64,000 nucleotides of DNA, from the sequence record KX828711; one strand, given 5' to 3'. Positions 49,201-64,000 of this stretch are shown here, in pieces. Source of the stretch: Shigella phage SH7. The notes beneath the pieces were generated by a model. The model was not told the origin of the DNA. It ran no database searches and saw only the letters and a list, made by a program, of their open reading frames with translations. The translations under genes were made by a program, and so were the position numbers. Each line of letters opens with the position of its first letter. The first letter of the stretch is position 1.

Positions 49201-49382
49201 ATAATAATTCAATATTTCAAGGTCAATTGCCGTCTGAACGACGTAAATTAATGAGTCCTCTATTTGATGCTTCTGGAACAACATTTGCGCAATTTAGAGA
49301 TTTAGTTAATAAACGTCTAAAAGATAATATAGGAAATCCAAGAGACCCTGAAAATCCAACACAGGTTAAAATAGATGAATGA
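46284..49382 (+). CDS. 7: baseplate wedge protein gp7
   Basis: 1032 aa as in T4. Confidence 0.9.
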   Translation: MTVKAPSVTSLRISKLSANQVQVRWDDVGANFYYFVEIAETKTDSGENLPSDQYRWINLGYTANNSFFFDDADPLTSYIIRVATAAQDFEQSDWVYTEEFETFATNAYTFQNMIEMQLANKFIQEKFTLNNSNYVNFNNDTIMAALMNESFQFSPSYVDVSSISNFIIGENEYHEIQGSIQQVCKDINRVYLMESEGILYLFERYQPVVKVSNDKGQTWKAVKLFNDRVGYPLSKTVYYQSANTTYVLGYDKIFYGRKSTDVRWSADDVRFSSQDITFAKLGDQLHLGFDVEIFATYATLPANVYRIAEAITCTDDYIYVVARDKVRYIKTSNAPIDSDPLSPTYSERLFEPDTMTITGNPKAVCYKMDSIGDKVFALIIGEVETLNANPRTSKIIDSADKGIYVLNHDTKTWKRVFGNTEEERRRIQPGYANMSTDGKLVSLSSSNFKFLSDNVVNDPETAAKYQLIGAVKYEFPREWLADKHYHMMAFIADETSDWETFTPQPMKYYAEPFFNWSKKSNTRCWINNSDRAVVVYADLKYTKVIENIPETSPDRLVHEYWDDGDCTIVMPNVKFTGFKKYASGMLFYKSSGEIISYYDFNYRVRDTVEIIWKPTGVFLKAFLQNQEHETPWSPEEEHGLADPDLRPLIGTMMPDSYLLQDSNFEAFCEAYIQYLSDGYGTQYNNLRNLIRNQYPREEHAWEYLWSEIYKRNIYLNADKRDAVARFFESRSYDFYSTKGIEASYKFLFKVLYNEEVEIEIESGAGTEYDIIVQSDSLTEDLVGQTIYTATGRCNVTYIERSYSNGKLQWTVTIHNLLGRLIAGQEVKAERLPSFEGEIIRGVKGKDLLQNNIDYINRSRSYYVMKIKSNLPSSRWKSDVIRFVHPVGFGFIAITLLTMFINVGLTLKHTETIINKYKNYKWDSGLPTEYADRVAKLTPTGEIEHDSVTGEAIYEPGPMAGVEYPLPDDYNAENNNSIFQGQLPSERRKLMSPLFDASGTTFAQFRDLVNKRLKDNIGNPRDPENPTQVKIDE

Positions 49383-50379
49383 TTCAAGTGTTATCTATCG
49401 TGCGATAGTTACTTCAAAATTTAGAACAGAAAAAATGTTGAATTTTTATAATTCAATTGGAAGTGGTCCGGATAAAAACACTATCTTTATCACATTTGGA
49501 AGATCAGAACCGTGGTCATCAAATGAAAATGAGGTGGGCTTTGCTCCACCTTATCCTACCGATTCTGTATTAGGTGTAACTGACATGTGGACTCATATGA
49601 TGGGAACCGTAAAGGTTCTTCCATCTATGCTTGATGCAGTTATTCCTCGTAGAGATTGGGGAGATACTAGATATCCGGATCCATACACATTTAGAATTAA
49701 CGATATTGTAGTGTGTAACTCAGCTCCTTACAATGCTACTGAATCAGGCGCAGGCTGGTTAGTATATCGTTGTTTAGATGTTCCTGATACCGGAATGTGT
49801 TCAATAGCATCTTTAACTGATAAAGATGAATGCCTTAAGTTAGGTGGAAAATGGACTCCTTCTGTTAGGTCAATGACTCCTCCTGAAGGTCGAGGAGACG
49901 CGGAAGGAACAATCGAACCCGGCGACGGATATGTTTGGGAATATCTTTTTGAGATTCCGCCTGATGTATCTATAAATAGATGCACGAATGAATATATCGT
50001 GGTTCCTTGGCCTGAGGAATTAAAAGAAGACCCGGCTAGATGGGGGTATGAAGATAATCTCACTTGGCAACAAGATGATTTTGGATTAATTTACCGTGTT
50101 AAGGCAAATACTATCCGTTTTAAAGCATATTTAGATTCAGTTTATTTTCCTGAGGCTGCATTGCCGGGAAATAAAGGATTTAGACAAATATCAATAATCA
50201 CGAATCCTCTTGAAGCTAAAGCTCATCCAAATGACCCAAACGTTAAAGCTGAAAAGGATTATTATGATCCGGAAGATTTAATGAGGCATTCGGGCGAAAT
50301 GATTTATATGGAAAATAGGCCACCTATTATCATGGCAATGGATCAAACAGAAGAAATCAATATTCTGTTTACATTTTAA
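49375..50379 (+). CDS. 8: baseplate wedge protein gp8
   Basis: 334 aa as in T4. Confidence 0.9.
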   Translation: MNDSSVIYRAIVTSKFRTEKMLNFYNSIGSGPDKNTIFITFGRSEPWSSNENEVGFAPPYPTDSVLGVTDMWTHMMGTVKVLPSMLDAVIPRRDWGDTRYPDPYTFRINDIVVCNSAPYNATESGAGWLVYRCLDVPDTGMCSIASLTDKDECLKLGGKWTPSVRSMTPPEGRGDAEGTIEPGDGYVWEYLFEIPPDVSINRCTNEYIVVPWPEELKEDPARWGYEDNLTWQQDDFGLIYRVKANTIRFKAYLDSVYFPEAALPGNKGFRQISIITNPLEAKAHPNDPNVKAEKDYYDPEDLMRHSGEMIYMENRPPIIMAMDQTEEINILFTF

Positions 50380-50384
50380 CTTAA

Positions 50385-50408
50385 GGGAGCCCATGGGCTC
50401 CCTTTTTC
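50385..50408 (+). terminator. rho-independent terminator after gene 8
   Basis: GGGAGCCCATGGGCTCCC hairpin followed by TTTTTCTTT. Confidence 0.75.
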
Positions 50409-50410
50409 TT

Positions 50411-50418
50411 TATAAATA
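50411..50418 (+). promoter_or_regulatory. late promoter TATAAATA for gene 9
   Basis: Exact TATAAATA 25 nt upstream of the gene 9 ATG. Confidence 0.7.
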
Positions 50419-50442
50419 CTATAAACTCATAAGGAAACCGCT

Positions 50443-51309
50443 ATGTTCATTCAAGAACCAAAGAAATTGATTGATACCGGCGAAATTGGTAACGCTTCTA
50501 CTGGTGATATCTTATTCGACGGTGGTAATAAAATTAATAGTGATTTTAACGCAATTTATAATGCGTTTGGCGATCAGCGTAAAATGGCAGTAGCAAATGG
50601 TACTGGTGCTGACGGCCAAATTATCCATGCTACTGGATATTATCAAAAGCATTCTATCACAGAGTACGCAACTCCGGTGAAAGTTGGTACTAGGCATGAT
50701 ATTGATACCTCTACTGTAGGTGTTAAAGTTATCATTGAAAGAGGCGAACTTGGCGACTGTGTTGAATTTATTAACTCAAATGGATCAATATCAGTTACTA
50801 ATCCTTTAACGATTCAGGCTATTGATTCAATTAAAGGTGTTTCAGGTAATTTGGTAGTAACTGCTCCATATAGTAAAGTTACTTTACGCTGCATTTCATC
50901 TGATAATTCTACGTCGGTTTGGAATTATTCTATTGAAAGCATGTTTGGTCAAAAGGAATCACCGGTTGAAGGTACATGGAATGTTTCTACATCCGGATCA
51001 GTTGATATTCCACTATTTCATCGCACTGAATACAATATGGCTAAATTGCTAGTTACGTGCCAATCTGTAGATGGAAGAAAAATTAAAACAGCAGAAATAA
51101 ATATTCTTGTGGATACTGTTAATTCAGAGGTCATTTCTTCTGAATATGCTGTCATGCGAGTTGGGAATGAAACCGAAGAAGACGAAATCGCTAATATTGC
51201 ATTTAGTATTAAAGAAAATTATGTAACGGCGACTATAAGTTCTTCAACTGTCGGTATGAGAGCAGCAGTTAAAGTTATCGCTACGCAGAAAATCGGGGTG
51301 GCTCAATAA
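50443..51309 (+). CDS. 9: baseplate wedge / long-tail-fibre socket protein gp9
   Basis: 288 aa as in T4. Confidence 0.9.
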   Translation: MFIQEPKKLIDTGEIGNASTGDILFDGGNKINSDFNAIYNAFGDQRKMAVANGTGADGQIIHATGYYQKHSITEYATPVKVGTRHDIDTSTVGVKVIIERGELGDCVEFINSNGSISVTNPLTIQAIDSIKGVSGNLVVTAPYSKVTLRCISSDNSTSVWNYSIESMFGQKESPVEGTWNVSTSGSVDIPLFHRTEYNMAKLLVTCQSVDGRKIKTAEINILVDTVNSEVISSEYAVMRVGNETEEDEIANIAFSIKENYVTATISSSTVGMRAAVKVIATQKIGVAQ

Positions 51310-53114
51310 TGAAACAAAATATTAATATCGGTAATGTTGTAGATGATGGTACCGGTGACTACCTGCGTAAAGGTGGTATAAAAATAAATGAAAACTTTGA
51401 TGAGCTTTATTATGAACTCGGTGATGGTGATGTTCCATATTCAGCCGGTGCCTGGAAAACTTATAATGCTTCATCAGGACAAACATTAACAGCAGAATGG
51501 GGAAAATCATATGCCATTAACACTTCATCTGGAAGAGTAACTCTGCAACTTCCTAAAGGAACCGTTAATGATTATAATAAAGTAATTAAAGCTAGGGATG
51601 TATTTGCAACATGGAATGTTAATCCAGTTACTCTAGTAGCCGCTTCTGGTGATACTATTAAAGGATCATCGTCATCAGTTGAAATTAATGTCCAATTTAG
51701 CGATTTAGAGTTAGTTTATTGTGCTCCAGGACGTTGGGAATATGTCAAAAACAAGCAAATTGACAAAATTATTAGTTCAGATATTAGTAATGTAGCACGT
51801 AAAGAATTTTTAGTCGAAGTTCAAGGACAAACAGACTTTTTAGATGTTTTCCGTGGAACTAGCTATAATGTTAATAACATCCGAGTAAAACACCGCGGTA
51901 ATGAATTATATTATGGCGATGTATTTAGTGAAAACAGTGACTTTGGCTCTCCTGGGGAAAATGAAGGAGAATTGATTCCTCTTGATGGATTTAATATTAG
52001 GTTAAGACAGCCTTGTAATATTGGTGACACTGTTCAAATTGAAACATTTATGGATGGTGTATCACAATGGAGAAGTTCATATACAAGACGCCAAATAAAA
52101 GTATTAGATTCAAAATTAACGTCAAAAACTTCTTTAGAAGGAAGTATTTACGTTACTGATTTATCAACAATGAAATCAATTCCATTCTCTGCATTTGGAT
52201 TAATTCCTGGAGAACCTATTAATCCTAATTCTCTTGAAGTTCGTTTTAATGGAATTTTACAACAACAAGCTGGAACAGCCGGATATCCTCTGTTTTTGTG
52301 TGAAGGTGCTAATTCAGATACGCAAGCAGGATGTATATCTCTTGGTGGTGAATGGAAAGAATCGAATACAGATTATTCTATAGAATATGAAGATGGAAAA
52401 CCTGTCAGTCTTTTATTTGATAGAAAATTTGAATCCGGCGATATAATCGTTATAACATGGTTCAATAATGATTTAGGAACTCTTTTAGAAAAAGATGACA
52501 TTATTGAATTAACTGATGACCGTTATGTTAGTAAAGGATCATCTACTGAAGTTACTGGTGATGTAGCCTTAACAGATTTTGATAAAATCGGTTGGCCAAA
52601 TGTTGAAAAAGTTGATTCTTATACTAGAACGTATAATTCAATATCATCTATTTTCGACAGCATTTATCCTGTTGGTTCAATTTATGAAAATGCTATAAAC
52701 CCAAATAATCCGGTGACTTATATGGGATTTGGTTCATGGAAATTATTTGGTAAAGGGCAGGTTTTAGTAGGATGGAATGATGATGTTACAGATCCAAACT
52801 TTGCATTGAACAATAATGATTTAGATTCTAGCGGAAATCCTTCACATACCGCCGGTGGAACAGTTGGTACAACATCAGTAACGCTTGAAAACGCAAATCT
52901 TCCTGCGACTAAAACTGATGAAAGAGTTTTAATTGAAGACGAAAATGGATCAGTTATTATTGGAGGATGTCAATATGACCCAGACGAAACTGGTCCTATA
53001 TATACAAAATATCGTGAAGACTACGCAACAACAAACTCTTCACATACTCCTCCTACTAATATTAGTAATATTCAACCGTCTATTACTGTATACCGTTGGA
53101 TAAGGATTGCATAA
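51309..53114 (+). CDS. 10: baseplate wedge protein gp10
   Basis: 601 aa (T4 602); position. Confidence 0.9.
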   Translation: MKQNINIGNVVDDGTGDYLRKGGIKINENFDELYYELGDGDVPYSAGAWKTYNASSGQTLTAEWGKSYAINTSSGRVTLQLPKGTVNDYNKVIKARDVFATWNVNPVTLVAASGDTIKGSSSSVEINVQFSDLELVYCAPGRWEYVKNKQIDKIISSDISNVARKEFLVEVQGQTDFLDVFRGTSYNVNNIRVKHRGNELYYGDVFSENSDFGSPGENEGELIPLDGFNIRLRQPCNIGDTVQIETFMDGVSQWRSSYTRRQIKVLDSKLTSKTSLEGSIYVTDLSTMKSIPFSAFGLIPGEPINPNSLEVRFNGILQQQAGTAGYPLFLCEGANSDTQAGCISLGGEWKESNTDYSIEYEDGKPVSLLFDRKFESGDIIVITWFNNDLGTLLEKDDIIELTDDRYVSKGSSTEVTGDVALTDFDKIGWPNVEKVDSYTRTYNSISSIFDSIYPVGSIYENAINPNNPVTYMGFGSWKLFGKGQVLVGWNDDVTDPNFALNNNDLDSSGNPSHTAGGTVGTTSVTLENANLPATKTDERVLIEDENGSVIIGGCQYDPDETGPIYTKYREDYATTNSSHTPPTNISNIQPSITVYRWIRIA

Positions 53115-53773
53115 TGAGTTTACTTAATAATAAAGCGGGAGTTATTTCCCGCTTAGCAGATTTTCTTGGTTTTAGAACTAAGAAAAATGATATTTCGGTT
53201 ATGAATAATCAGCCGGTAGGCGCTGTAACAATTTCACAAATAGCAAAAGGTTTTTATGACCCAAATGTAGAATCTGCTATCAACGATGTTAGAAATATGG
53301 CAGAGCAACAGGTTGGAGCTGTATTAATTAATATAAGCGGCGTATCTCCTACTGGCGTACAACAAACCGACTATTGGTCATTTGAAGGAACTGTTACTGA
53401 TACTTCAGCCAAACCAGGTGACCCAGTTATTGTTAACATGTTTGGTATTCCAGTTAAAGCTACTAACGGAATGACTTCAATTGAATTTACCAGTGCCGTT
53501 AGAATAGCTCTACAGGAAATGGTTGCAAAATTTATTGCAATTGATTCATTTGAAGACCATCCTACCATAGGAAATAAAATACAAGTTAAGTATTTAGATA
53601 ACCAAGAACATATCTTAGAGCAATACTCTGATAAAGGAATTACTTTCAAACAAGAAATAATTTCTCCTTCTAAACCTGGATATGGAACTTGGCAATTATT
53701 AGGTGCGCAAACTGTCACGTTAGATAGTCACACACAACCTACAGTATTTTATTATTTTGAGAGAATAGCATGA
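53114..53773 (+). CDS. 11: baseplate wedge protein gp11
   Basis: 219 aa from MSLLNNKAG (TAATG overlap with the gene 10 stop). Confidence 0.85.
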   Translation: MSLLNNKAGVISRLADFLGFRTKKNDISVMNNQPVGAVTISQIAKGFYDPNVESAINDVRNMAEQQVGAVLINISGVSPTGVQQTDYWSFEGTVTDTSAKPGDPVIVNMFGIPVKATNGMTSIEFTSAVRIALQEMVAKFIAIDSFEDHPTIGNKIQVKYLDNQEHILEQYSDKGITFKQEIISPSKPGYGTWQLLGAQTVTLDSHTQPTVFYYFERIA

Positions 53774-55320
53774 GTAATAATACATATCAGCACGTATCAA
53801 ATGAATCAAAATATGTTAAATTCGATCCAGTTGGATCGAATTTTCCTGACACTGTTACGACGGTGCAGTCTGCATTATCAAAAATAAGTAATATCGGCGT
53901 AAATGGTATTCCTGATGCAACTATGGAAGTTAAAGGAATAGCAATGATTGCATCAGAGCAAGAGGTTTTAGATGGAACAAATAATTCTAAAATCGTTACA
54001 CCAGCTACATTAGCAACAAGATTATTGTATCCAAATGCTACTGAAACTAAATATGGTTTAACACGTTATTCATCAAATGAAGAAACATTAGAAGGCTCAG
54101 ATAATAATTCATCAATAACACCGCAAAAACTGAAATACCATACTGATGATGTGTTTCAAAATAGATATTCGTCTGAGTCATCAAACGGGGTTATTAAAAT
54201 ATCATCTACGCCTGCAGCTTTGGCTGGTGTCGATGATACTACGGCGATGACTCCGCTGAAAACCCAAAAACTTGCAATAAAATTAATTTCACAAATAGCT
54301 CCTTCAGAAGACACTGCAACAGAATCTGTGAGAGGAGTAGTTCAATTATCTACTGTTGCACAAACTCGTCAAGGAACTCTCCGCGAAGGATATGCAATTT
54401 CCCCGTATACCTTTATGAATTCTGTTGCAACACAAGAATATAAGGGTGTTATACGTCTAGGAACACAAGCAGAAATTAATAATAATTTGGGGGATGTTGC
54501 AGTAACAGGTGAAACACTAAATGGTCGAGGAGCTACCGGTTCTATGCGTGGGGTAGTAAAATTAACGACGCAAGCTGGTATTGCTCCTGAAGGTGATAGC
54601 TCTGGGGCATTAGCCTGGAACGCAGATGTAATTAATACTCGTGGTGGACAAACTATTAATGGTTCTTTAAATTTAGATCATCTCACAGCAAATGGAATTT
54701 GGTCGCGCGGTGGAATGTGGAAAAATGGCGATCAACCTGTTGCCACTGAAAGATATGCGTCCGAAAGGGTTCCGGTTGGAACTATTATGATGTTTGCGGG
54801 TGATTCAGCACCTCCAGGTTGGATTATGTGTCATGGTGGAACTGTGTCAGGAGACCAATATCCTGATTATAGAAACACTGTTGGAACAAGATTTGGTGGG
54901 GATTGGAATAATCCAGGGATTCCTGATATGCGAGGTCTTTTTGTTAGAGGAGCGGGCACCGGTGGTCATATTTTAAATCAACGAGGACAAGATGGTTATG
55001 GGAAGGATAGACTTGGTGTAGGATGTGATGGAATGCATGTTGGCGGTGTTCAAGCACAACAAATGTCATACCATAAACATGCTGGTGGTTGGGGAGAATA
55101 TAACAGAAGTGAAGGTCCATTTGGCGCGTCTGTTTATCAAGGATATCTTGGAACTAGAAAATATTCCGACTGGGATAACGCTTCATACTTCACCAATGAT
55201 GGATTTGAATTAGGTGGACCGAGAGATGCCCTTGGTACACTTAATCGTGAAGGATTAATTGGTTATGAAACTAGACCATGGAATATATCATTAAACTATA
55301 TTATTAAAATTCATTACTAA
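53770..55320 (+). CDS. 12: short tail fibre gp12
   Basis: 516 aa; position between genes 11 and wac. Confidence 0.9.
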   Translation: MSNNTYQHVSNESKYVKFDPVGSNFPDTVTTVQSALSKISNIGVNGIPDATMEVKGIAMIASEQEVLDGTNNSKIVTPATLATRLLYPNATETKYGLTRYSSNEETLEGSDNNSSITPQKLKYHTDDVFQNRYSSESSNGVIKISSTPAALAGVDDTTAMTPLKTQKLAIKLISQIAPSEDTATESVRGVVQLSTVAQTRQGTLREGYAISPYTFMNSVATQEYKGVIRLGTQAEINNNLGDVAVTGETLNGRGATGSMRGVVKLTTQAGIAPEGDSSGALAWNADVINTRGGQTINGSLNLDHLTANGIWSRGGMWKNGDQPVATERYASERVPVGTIMMFAGDSAPPGWIMCHGGTVSGDQYPDYRNTVGTRFGGDWNNPGIPDMRGLFVRGAGTGGHILNQRGQDGYGKDRLGVGCDGMHVGGVQAQQMSYHKHAGGWGEYNRSEGPFGASVYQGYLGTRKYSDWDNASYFTNDGFELGGPRDALGTLNREGLIGYETRPWNISLNYIIKIHY

Positions 55321-55329
55321 GGATTACAA

Positions 55330-56787
55330 ATGATTGAATTAAAAGAGTTACCTTTTGTTGATAGCGTTCCTGGCGAAGGTCAGGAGCGTATTTCATGGAT
55401 TAAAAATGGTGAAGAAATATTAGGAGCTAGTACTAAGTATGGAAACGATGGATCAATGAATAGACCAACTGTTTCCGTGTTTAAAAATGTTGAGGTTCTT
55501 GACGAAAATATAGGAATTCTTAAAACAGCATTAGAAACATCCCAGGAAGATATTAAAACCATTCAGGGTATCTTAGATGTATCTGGTGATATAGAAGCTT
55601 TATCGCAAATAAGTATCAATAAAAAGGATATCACTGATCTTAAAACGCTTACGAGTGAACATACCGAAATATTAAATGGAACTAATAATACTGTCGATAG
55701 CATTCTTGCTGACATTGGTCCATTTAATTCGCAAGCAAATTCAGTTTATAGAACGATTAGAAATGATTTGTTATGGATTAAAAGGGAATTAGGACAATAT
55801 GCTGGGCAAGACATTAACGGTCTTCCTGTTGTAGGAAATAGCAGCACGGGTATGAAGCACCGTATCATTAATAATACAGATGCTATAACTTCCCAAGGAA
55901 TGCGTCTAAGTGATTTGGAAGAAAAATTTATTGAATCTGATGTAGGTTCACTGACAATTGAAGTCGGAAATCTTAGACAAGAACTTGGACAAAGACCATC
56001 TTCATTTAGTGAAAGCATATATTCACGTGTGCATAATTTAGATCAATCACAGATTAATCTTAGTTCCGAAATTAAATCTATCAAAACTTCTATTGGATAT
56101 CCAGGAAATACTTCAATAATCACAGATGTTAACACTAATACACGAGAAATTTCAGCTTTAAATGATGAACTAAATAAAAGCGGAGGTGTTAAACAACGAT
56201 TAACTATTATTGAAACATCGATTGGTTCAGATGATATTCCTTCTAGTATTAAAGGTCAAATTAAAGATAATACCACATCAATCGAGTTTTTAAATGGAAT
56301 TGTTGGTGAAAACACTTCATCTGGACTACGAGCAAATGTTTCATGGTTAAACCAAATTGTTGGAACTGATTCTAGCGGTGGACAACCTTCTCCTCCTGGG
56401 TCTCTTTTAAATAGAATTTCAACAGTTGAAACATCCGTTAATAGATTGAACAATGATGTTCAAAACTTACAAGTTGAAATTGGTAATAACAATTCCGGAA
56501 TTAAAGGACAAGTTGTAGCATTAAATAAATTAGTAAATGGAACAAATCCAAATGGCTCAACTGTCGAAGAACGCGGATTGACTAATTCAATAAAAGCTAA
56601 TGAGACTAACATTGCTTCAATTAATCAAGAGATTCGTAGCATTAAAAGCGATGTATCTTCATTACAAAGGGATGTCCAGACTTTACAGGAAGCCGGTTAT
56701 ATTCCTGAAGCTCCAAGAGATGGGCAAGCTTACGTTCGTAAAGACGGCGAATGGGTATTGCTTTCTACCTTTTTATCACCAGCATAA
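55330..56787 (+). CDS. wac: fibritin (whisker antigen control)
   Basis: 485 aa coiled coil ending in the foldon [27 protein letters not shown]. Confidence 0.95.
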   Translation: MIELKELPFVDSVPGEGQERISWIKNGEEILGASTKYGNDGSMNRPTVSVFKNVEVLDENIGILKTALETSQEDIKTIQGILDVSGDIEALSQISINKKDITDLKTLTSEHTEILNGTNNTVDSILADIGPFNSQANSVYRTIRNDLLWIKRELGQYAGQDINGLPVVGNSSTGMKHRIINNTDAITSQGMRLSDLEEKFIESDVGSLTIEVGNLRQELGQRPSSFSESIYSRVHNLDQSQINLSSEIKSIKTSIGYPGNTSIITDVNTNTREISALNDELNKSGGVKQRLTIIETSIGSDDIPSSIKGQIKDNTTSIEFLNGIVGENTSSGLRANVSWLNQIVGTDSSGGQPSPPGSLLNRISTVETSVNRLNNDVQNLQVEIGNNNSGIKGQVVALNKLVNGTNPNGSTVEERGLTNSIKANETNIASINQEIRSIKSDVSSLQRDVQTLQEAGYIPEAPRDGQAYVRKDGEWVLLSTFLSPA

Positions 56788-56790
56788 CAT

Positions 56791-56806
56791 GGGGCCGCAA
56801 GGCCCC
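56791..56806 (+). terminator. GCAA-loop hairpin after wac
   Basis: GGGGCC-GCAA-GGCCCC; no clear U-run, so possibly a stability hairpin rather than a terminator. Confidence 0.4.
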
Positions 56807-56818
56807 AAAGGATTTTAA

Positions 56819-58520
<1,702 letters not shown>

Positions 58521-58561
58521 TAAATATTATAAACTAATTAAAGCCCAGATTAGGAGAAATC

Positions 58562-61702
<3,141 letters not shown>

Positions 61703-61730
61703 TATTAAAGCATATTAAAGAGGATTAAAA

Positions 61731-63710
61731 ATGACTTTATTATCTCCGGGCATTGAGCTCAAAGAAACTACGGTTCAAAGCACCGTGGTTAATAACTCTA
61801 CTGGTACAGCAGCTTTGGCCGGTAAATTCCAGTGGGGTCCTGCTTTTCAGATTAAACAGGTTACAAATGAAGTAGATTTAGTTAATACTTTTGGTCAACC
61901 AACCGCTGAAACTGCTGACTATTTTATGTCTGCGATGAATTTCTTGCAGTACGGAAATGACTTACGAGTAGTTCGTGCTGTTGATAGAGATACCGCTAAA
62001 AACTCATCACCAATCGCTGGTAATATTGAATACACAATTTCTACCCCAGGTAGTAACTATGCGGTTGGAGATAAAATCACGGTCAAATATGTTTCAGATG
62101 ATATTGAAACTGAAGGTAAAATTACTGAAGTAGACGCAGATGGAAAAATTAAGAAAATTAATATTCCTACTGCAAAAATTATCGCTAAAGCGAAAGAAGT
62201 AGGTGAATATCCAACACTAGGTTCTAACTGGACTGCGGAAATTTCTTCGTCTTCATCTGGTTTAGCTGCGGTAATAACTCTTGGAAAAATTATTACTGAT
62301 TCTGGTATTTTATTAGCTGAAATTGAAAATGCTGAAGCTGCTGTGACAGCGGTTGACTTTCAAGCAAATCTCGAAAAATACGGAATTCCAGGAGTAGTAG
62401 CTCTTTATCCAGGCGAATTAGGCGATAAAATTGAAATTGAAATCGTATCTAAAACTGACTATGCAAAAGGAGCTTCTGCATTACTCCCAATTTATCCAGG
62501 TGGTGGTACTCGTGCATCTACTGCCAAAGCAGTGTTTGGATATGGACCGCAAACTGATTCACAGTACGCTATTATAGTTCGTCGTAATGATGCTATTGTT
62601 CAAAGCGTTGTTCTTTCAACTAAGCGTGGTGAAAAAGATATTTACGATAGTAACATCTATATCGATGACTTTTTCGCAAAAGGCGGCTCAGAATATATTT
62701 TTGCAACTGCACAAAACTGGCCAGAAGGCTTCTCTGGAATTTTAACTCTGTCTGGTGGATTATCATCAAATGCTGAAGTAACAGCAGGAGATTTGATGGA
62801 AGCTTGGGACTTCTTTGCTGACCGTGAATCCGTTGATGTTCAACTGTTTATTGCGGGTTCTTGTGCCGGTGAATCTTTAGAAACAGCATCTACTGTCCAA
62901 AAACACGTCGTTTCAATTGGGGATGCTCGCCAAGATTGCTTAGTATTGTGCTCTCCTCCGCGTGAAACTGTAGTTGGAATTCCTGTAACTCGTGCTGTTG
63001 ATAACTTAGTCAATTGGAGAACTGCAGCAGGTTCATACACTGATAATAACTTTAATATCAGTTCAACCTACGCAGCAATTGATGGTAACTACAAGTATCA
63101 GTATGACAAATATAATGATGTGAATCGTTGGGTTCCATTAGCAGCTGATATTGCTGGTTTATGCGCGAGAACCGATAACGTTTCTCAGACTTGGATGTCT
63201 CCAGCTGGTTATAATCGTGGTCAGATTCTTAACGTTATTAAACTGGCTATTGAAACTCGCCAGGCTCAGCGCGACCGTTTATACCAAGAAGCTATCAACC
63301 CAGTAACTGGTACAGGTGGCGATGGTTACGTATTGTATGGTGATAAAACAGCTACTTCTGTTCCTTCTCCGTTTGATCGTATTAACGTTCGTCGTCTGTT
63401 TAATATGTTGAAAACGAATATCGGACGTAGTTCAAAATATCGTTTGTTCGAATTAAACAACGCGTTTACTCGTTCATCATTCCGCACAGAAACTGCCCAG
63501 TACTTACAGGGAATTAAAGCTCTCGGTGGAATTTATGAATATCGTGTAGTTTGCGATACAACAAATAATACTCCGTCAGTAATTGATAGAAATGAGTTTG
63601 TTGCAACATTCTACATCCAACCGGCTAGAAGCATTAACTACATTACCTTAAACTTCGTAGCAACTGCTACTGGTGCAGATTTCGATGAGTTAACTGGTCT
63701 TGCAGGTTAA
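61731..63710 (+). CDS. 18: tail sheath protein gp18
   Basis: 659 aa as in T4. Confidence 0.95.
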   Translation: MTLLSPGIELKETTVQSTVVNNSTGTAALAGKFQWGPAFQIKQVTNEVDLVNTFGQPTAETADYFMSAMNFLQYGNDLRVVRAVDRDTAKNSSPIAGNIEYTISTPGSNYAVGDKITVKYVSDDIETEGKITEVDADGKIKKINIPTAKIIAKAKEVGEYPTLGSNWTAEISSSSSGLAAVITLGKIITDSGILLAEIENAEAAVTAVDFQANLEKYGIPGVVALYPGELGDKIEIEIVSKTDYAKGASALLPIYPGGGTRASTAKAVFGYGPQTDSQYAIIVRRNDAIVQSVVLSTKRGEKDIYDSNIYIDDFFAKGGSEYIFATAQNWPEGFSGILTLSGGLSSNAEVTAGDLMEAWDFFADRESVDVQLFIAGSCAGESLETASTVQKHVVSIGDARQDCLVLCSPPRETVVGIPVTRAVDNLVNWRTAAGSYTDNNFNISSTYAAIDGNYKYQYDKYNDVNRWVPLAADIAGLCARTDNVSQTWMSPAGYNRGQILNVIKLAIETRQAQRDRLYQEAINPVTGTGGDGYVLYGDKTATSVPSPFDRINVRRLFNMLKTNIGRSSKYRLFELNNAFTRSSFRTETAQYLQGIKALGGIYEYRVVCDTTNNTPSVIDRNEFVATFYIQPARSINYITLNFVATATGADFDELTGLAG

Positions 63711-63726
63711 TACGGTGCATTCTAAA

Positions 63727-63744
63727 GGCCTGTTTCGGCAGGCC
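63727..63744 (+). terminator. hairpin after gene 18
   Basis: GGCCTG-TTTCGG-CAGGCC; no strong U-run. Confidence 0.4.
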
Positions 63745-63745
63745 A

Positions 63746-63753
63746 TATAAATA
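63746..63753 (+). promoter_or_regulatory. late promoter TATAAATA (first of two before gene 19)
   Basis: Exact TATAAATA. Confidence 0.6.
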
Positions 63754-63804
63754 CACTATATCCTTAATTCTTTAATTCTATATGCCCTAGGTTAAACATA
63801 GGGA

Positions 63805-63812
63805 TATAAATA
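63805..63812 (+). promoter_or_regulatory. late promoter TATAAATA for gene 19
   Basis: Exact TATAAATA 15 nt upstream of the gene 19 ATG. Confidence 0.7.
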
Positions 63813-63826
63813 CTACAGAGGCTAAT

Positions 63827-64000
63827 ATGTTTGTAGATGATGTAACACGAGCGTTTGAATCTGGTGATTTTGCTCGACCTAACTTATTCCAAGTAGAAAT
63901 TTCTTATCTTGGACAAAATTTTACGTTCCAATGTAAAGCTACTGCTCTACCAGCTGGTATTGTAGAAAAAATTCCAGTCGGATTTATGAACCGTAAAATT
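63827..64000 (+). CDS. 19: tail tube protein gp19 (5-prime partial, continues past the window)
   Basis: ATG at 63827 after the late promoter; N-terminus MFVDDVTRAFESGDFARPNLFQVEISYLGQNF. Confidence 0.85.
   Translation, partial: MFVDDVTRAFESGDFARPNLFQVEISYLGQNFTFQCKATALPAGIVEKIPVGFMNRKI

Noticed and set aside
56791-56806. Strong terminator call for the hairpin after wac
   Set aside because: Stem is GC-rich but followed by AAAGGATTTT rather than a U-run; kept only as a low-confidence hairpin.
44867-56818. Plus-strand out-of-frame ORFs 44867-45061, 54794-54976, 55025-55213, 56600-56818
   Set aside because: Nested in alternative frames of genes 6, 12 and wac.

Overview
This window reads as a contiguous segment of a T4-like (T-even, Tequatrovirus-type) myovirus genome. 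Positions 1-41124 are a dense minus-strand early/middle block running from the gene 47 / alpha-glucosyltransferase / gene 55 region through nrdH-nrdG-nrdD, gene 49, nrdC, a long run of uncharacterised accessory ORFs, tk, regB, internal-protein genes, lysozyme e, nudE, an 11-tRNA cluster, ipI, 57B/57A and genes 1, 3, 2, 4. Positions 41172-64000 are the plus-strand late baseplate/tail/packaging module (53, 5, 5.4, 6-12, wac, 13-15, terminase 16/17, sheath 18, start of tube 19). Named calls rest on protein motifs read from the translations and on remembered T4 gene order and sizes; no database search was possible. Early-type promoters (GTTTAC..17-18 nt..TAnnAT) and UUCG/GAAA-loop hairpin terminators recur on the minus strand, and TATAAATA late promoters precede the late genes. 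No CRISPR array, transposon, integrase or recognisable homing endonuclease was found. The best candidates for something new sit in the accessory stretches: a capsid-targeting-sequence protein cassette bracketed by direct-repeat hairpins, a four-member coiled-coil paralog family, an AAA+ ATPase next to a Pol-beta-type nucleotidyltransferase, a macro-domain protein, a membrane-protein family with a repeated gene-junction sequence, and a tRNA set (His, Asn, Tyr extra) larger than I remember for T4.
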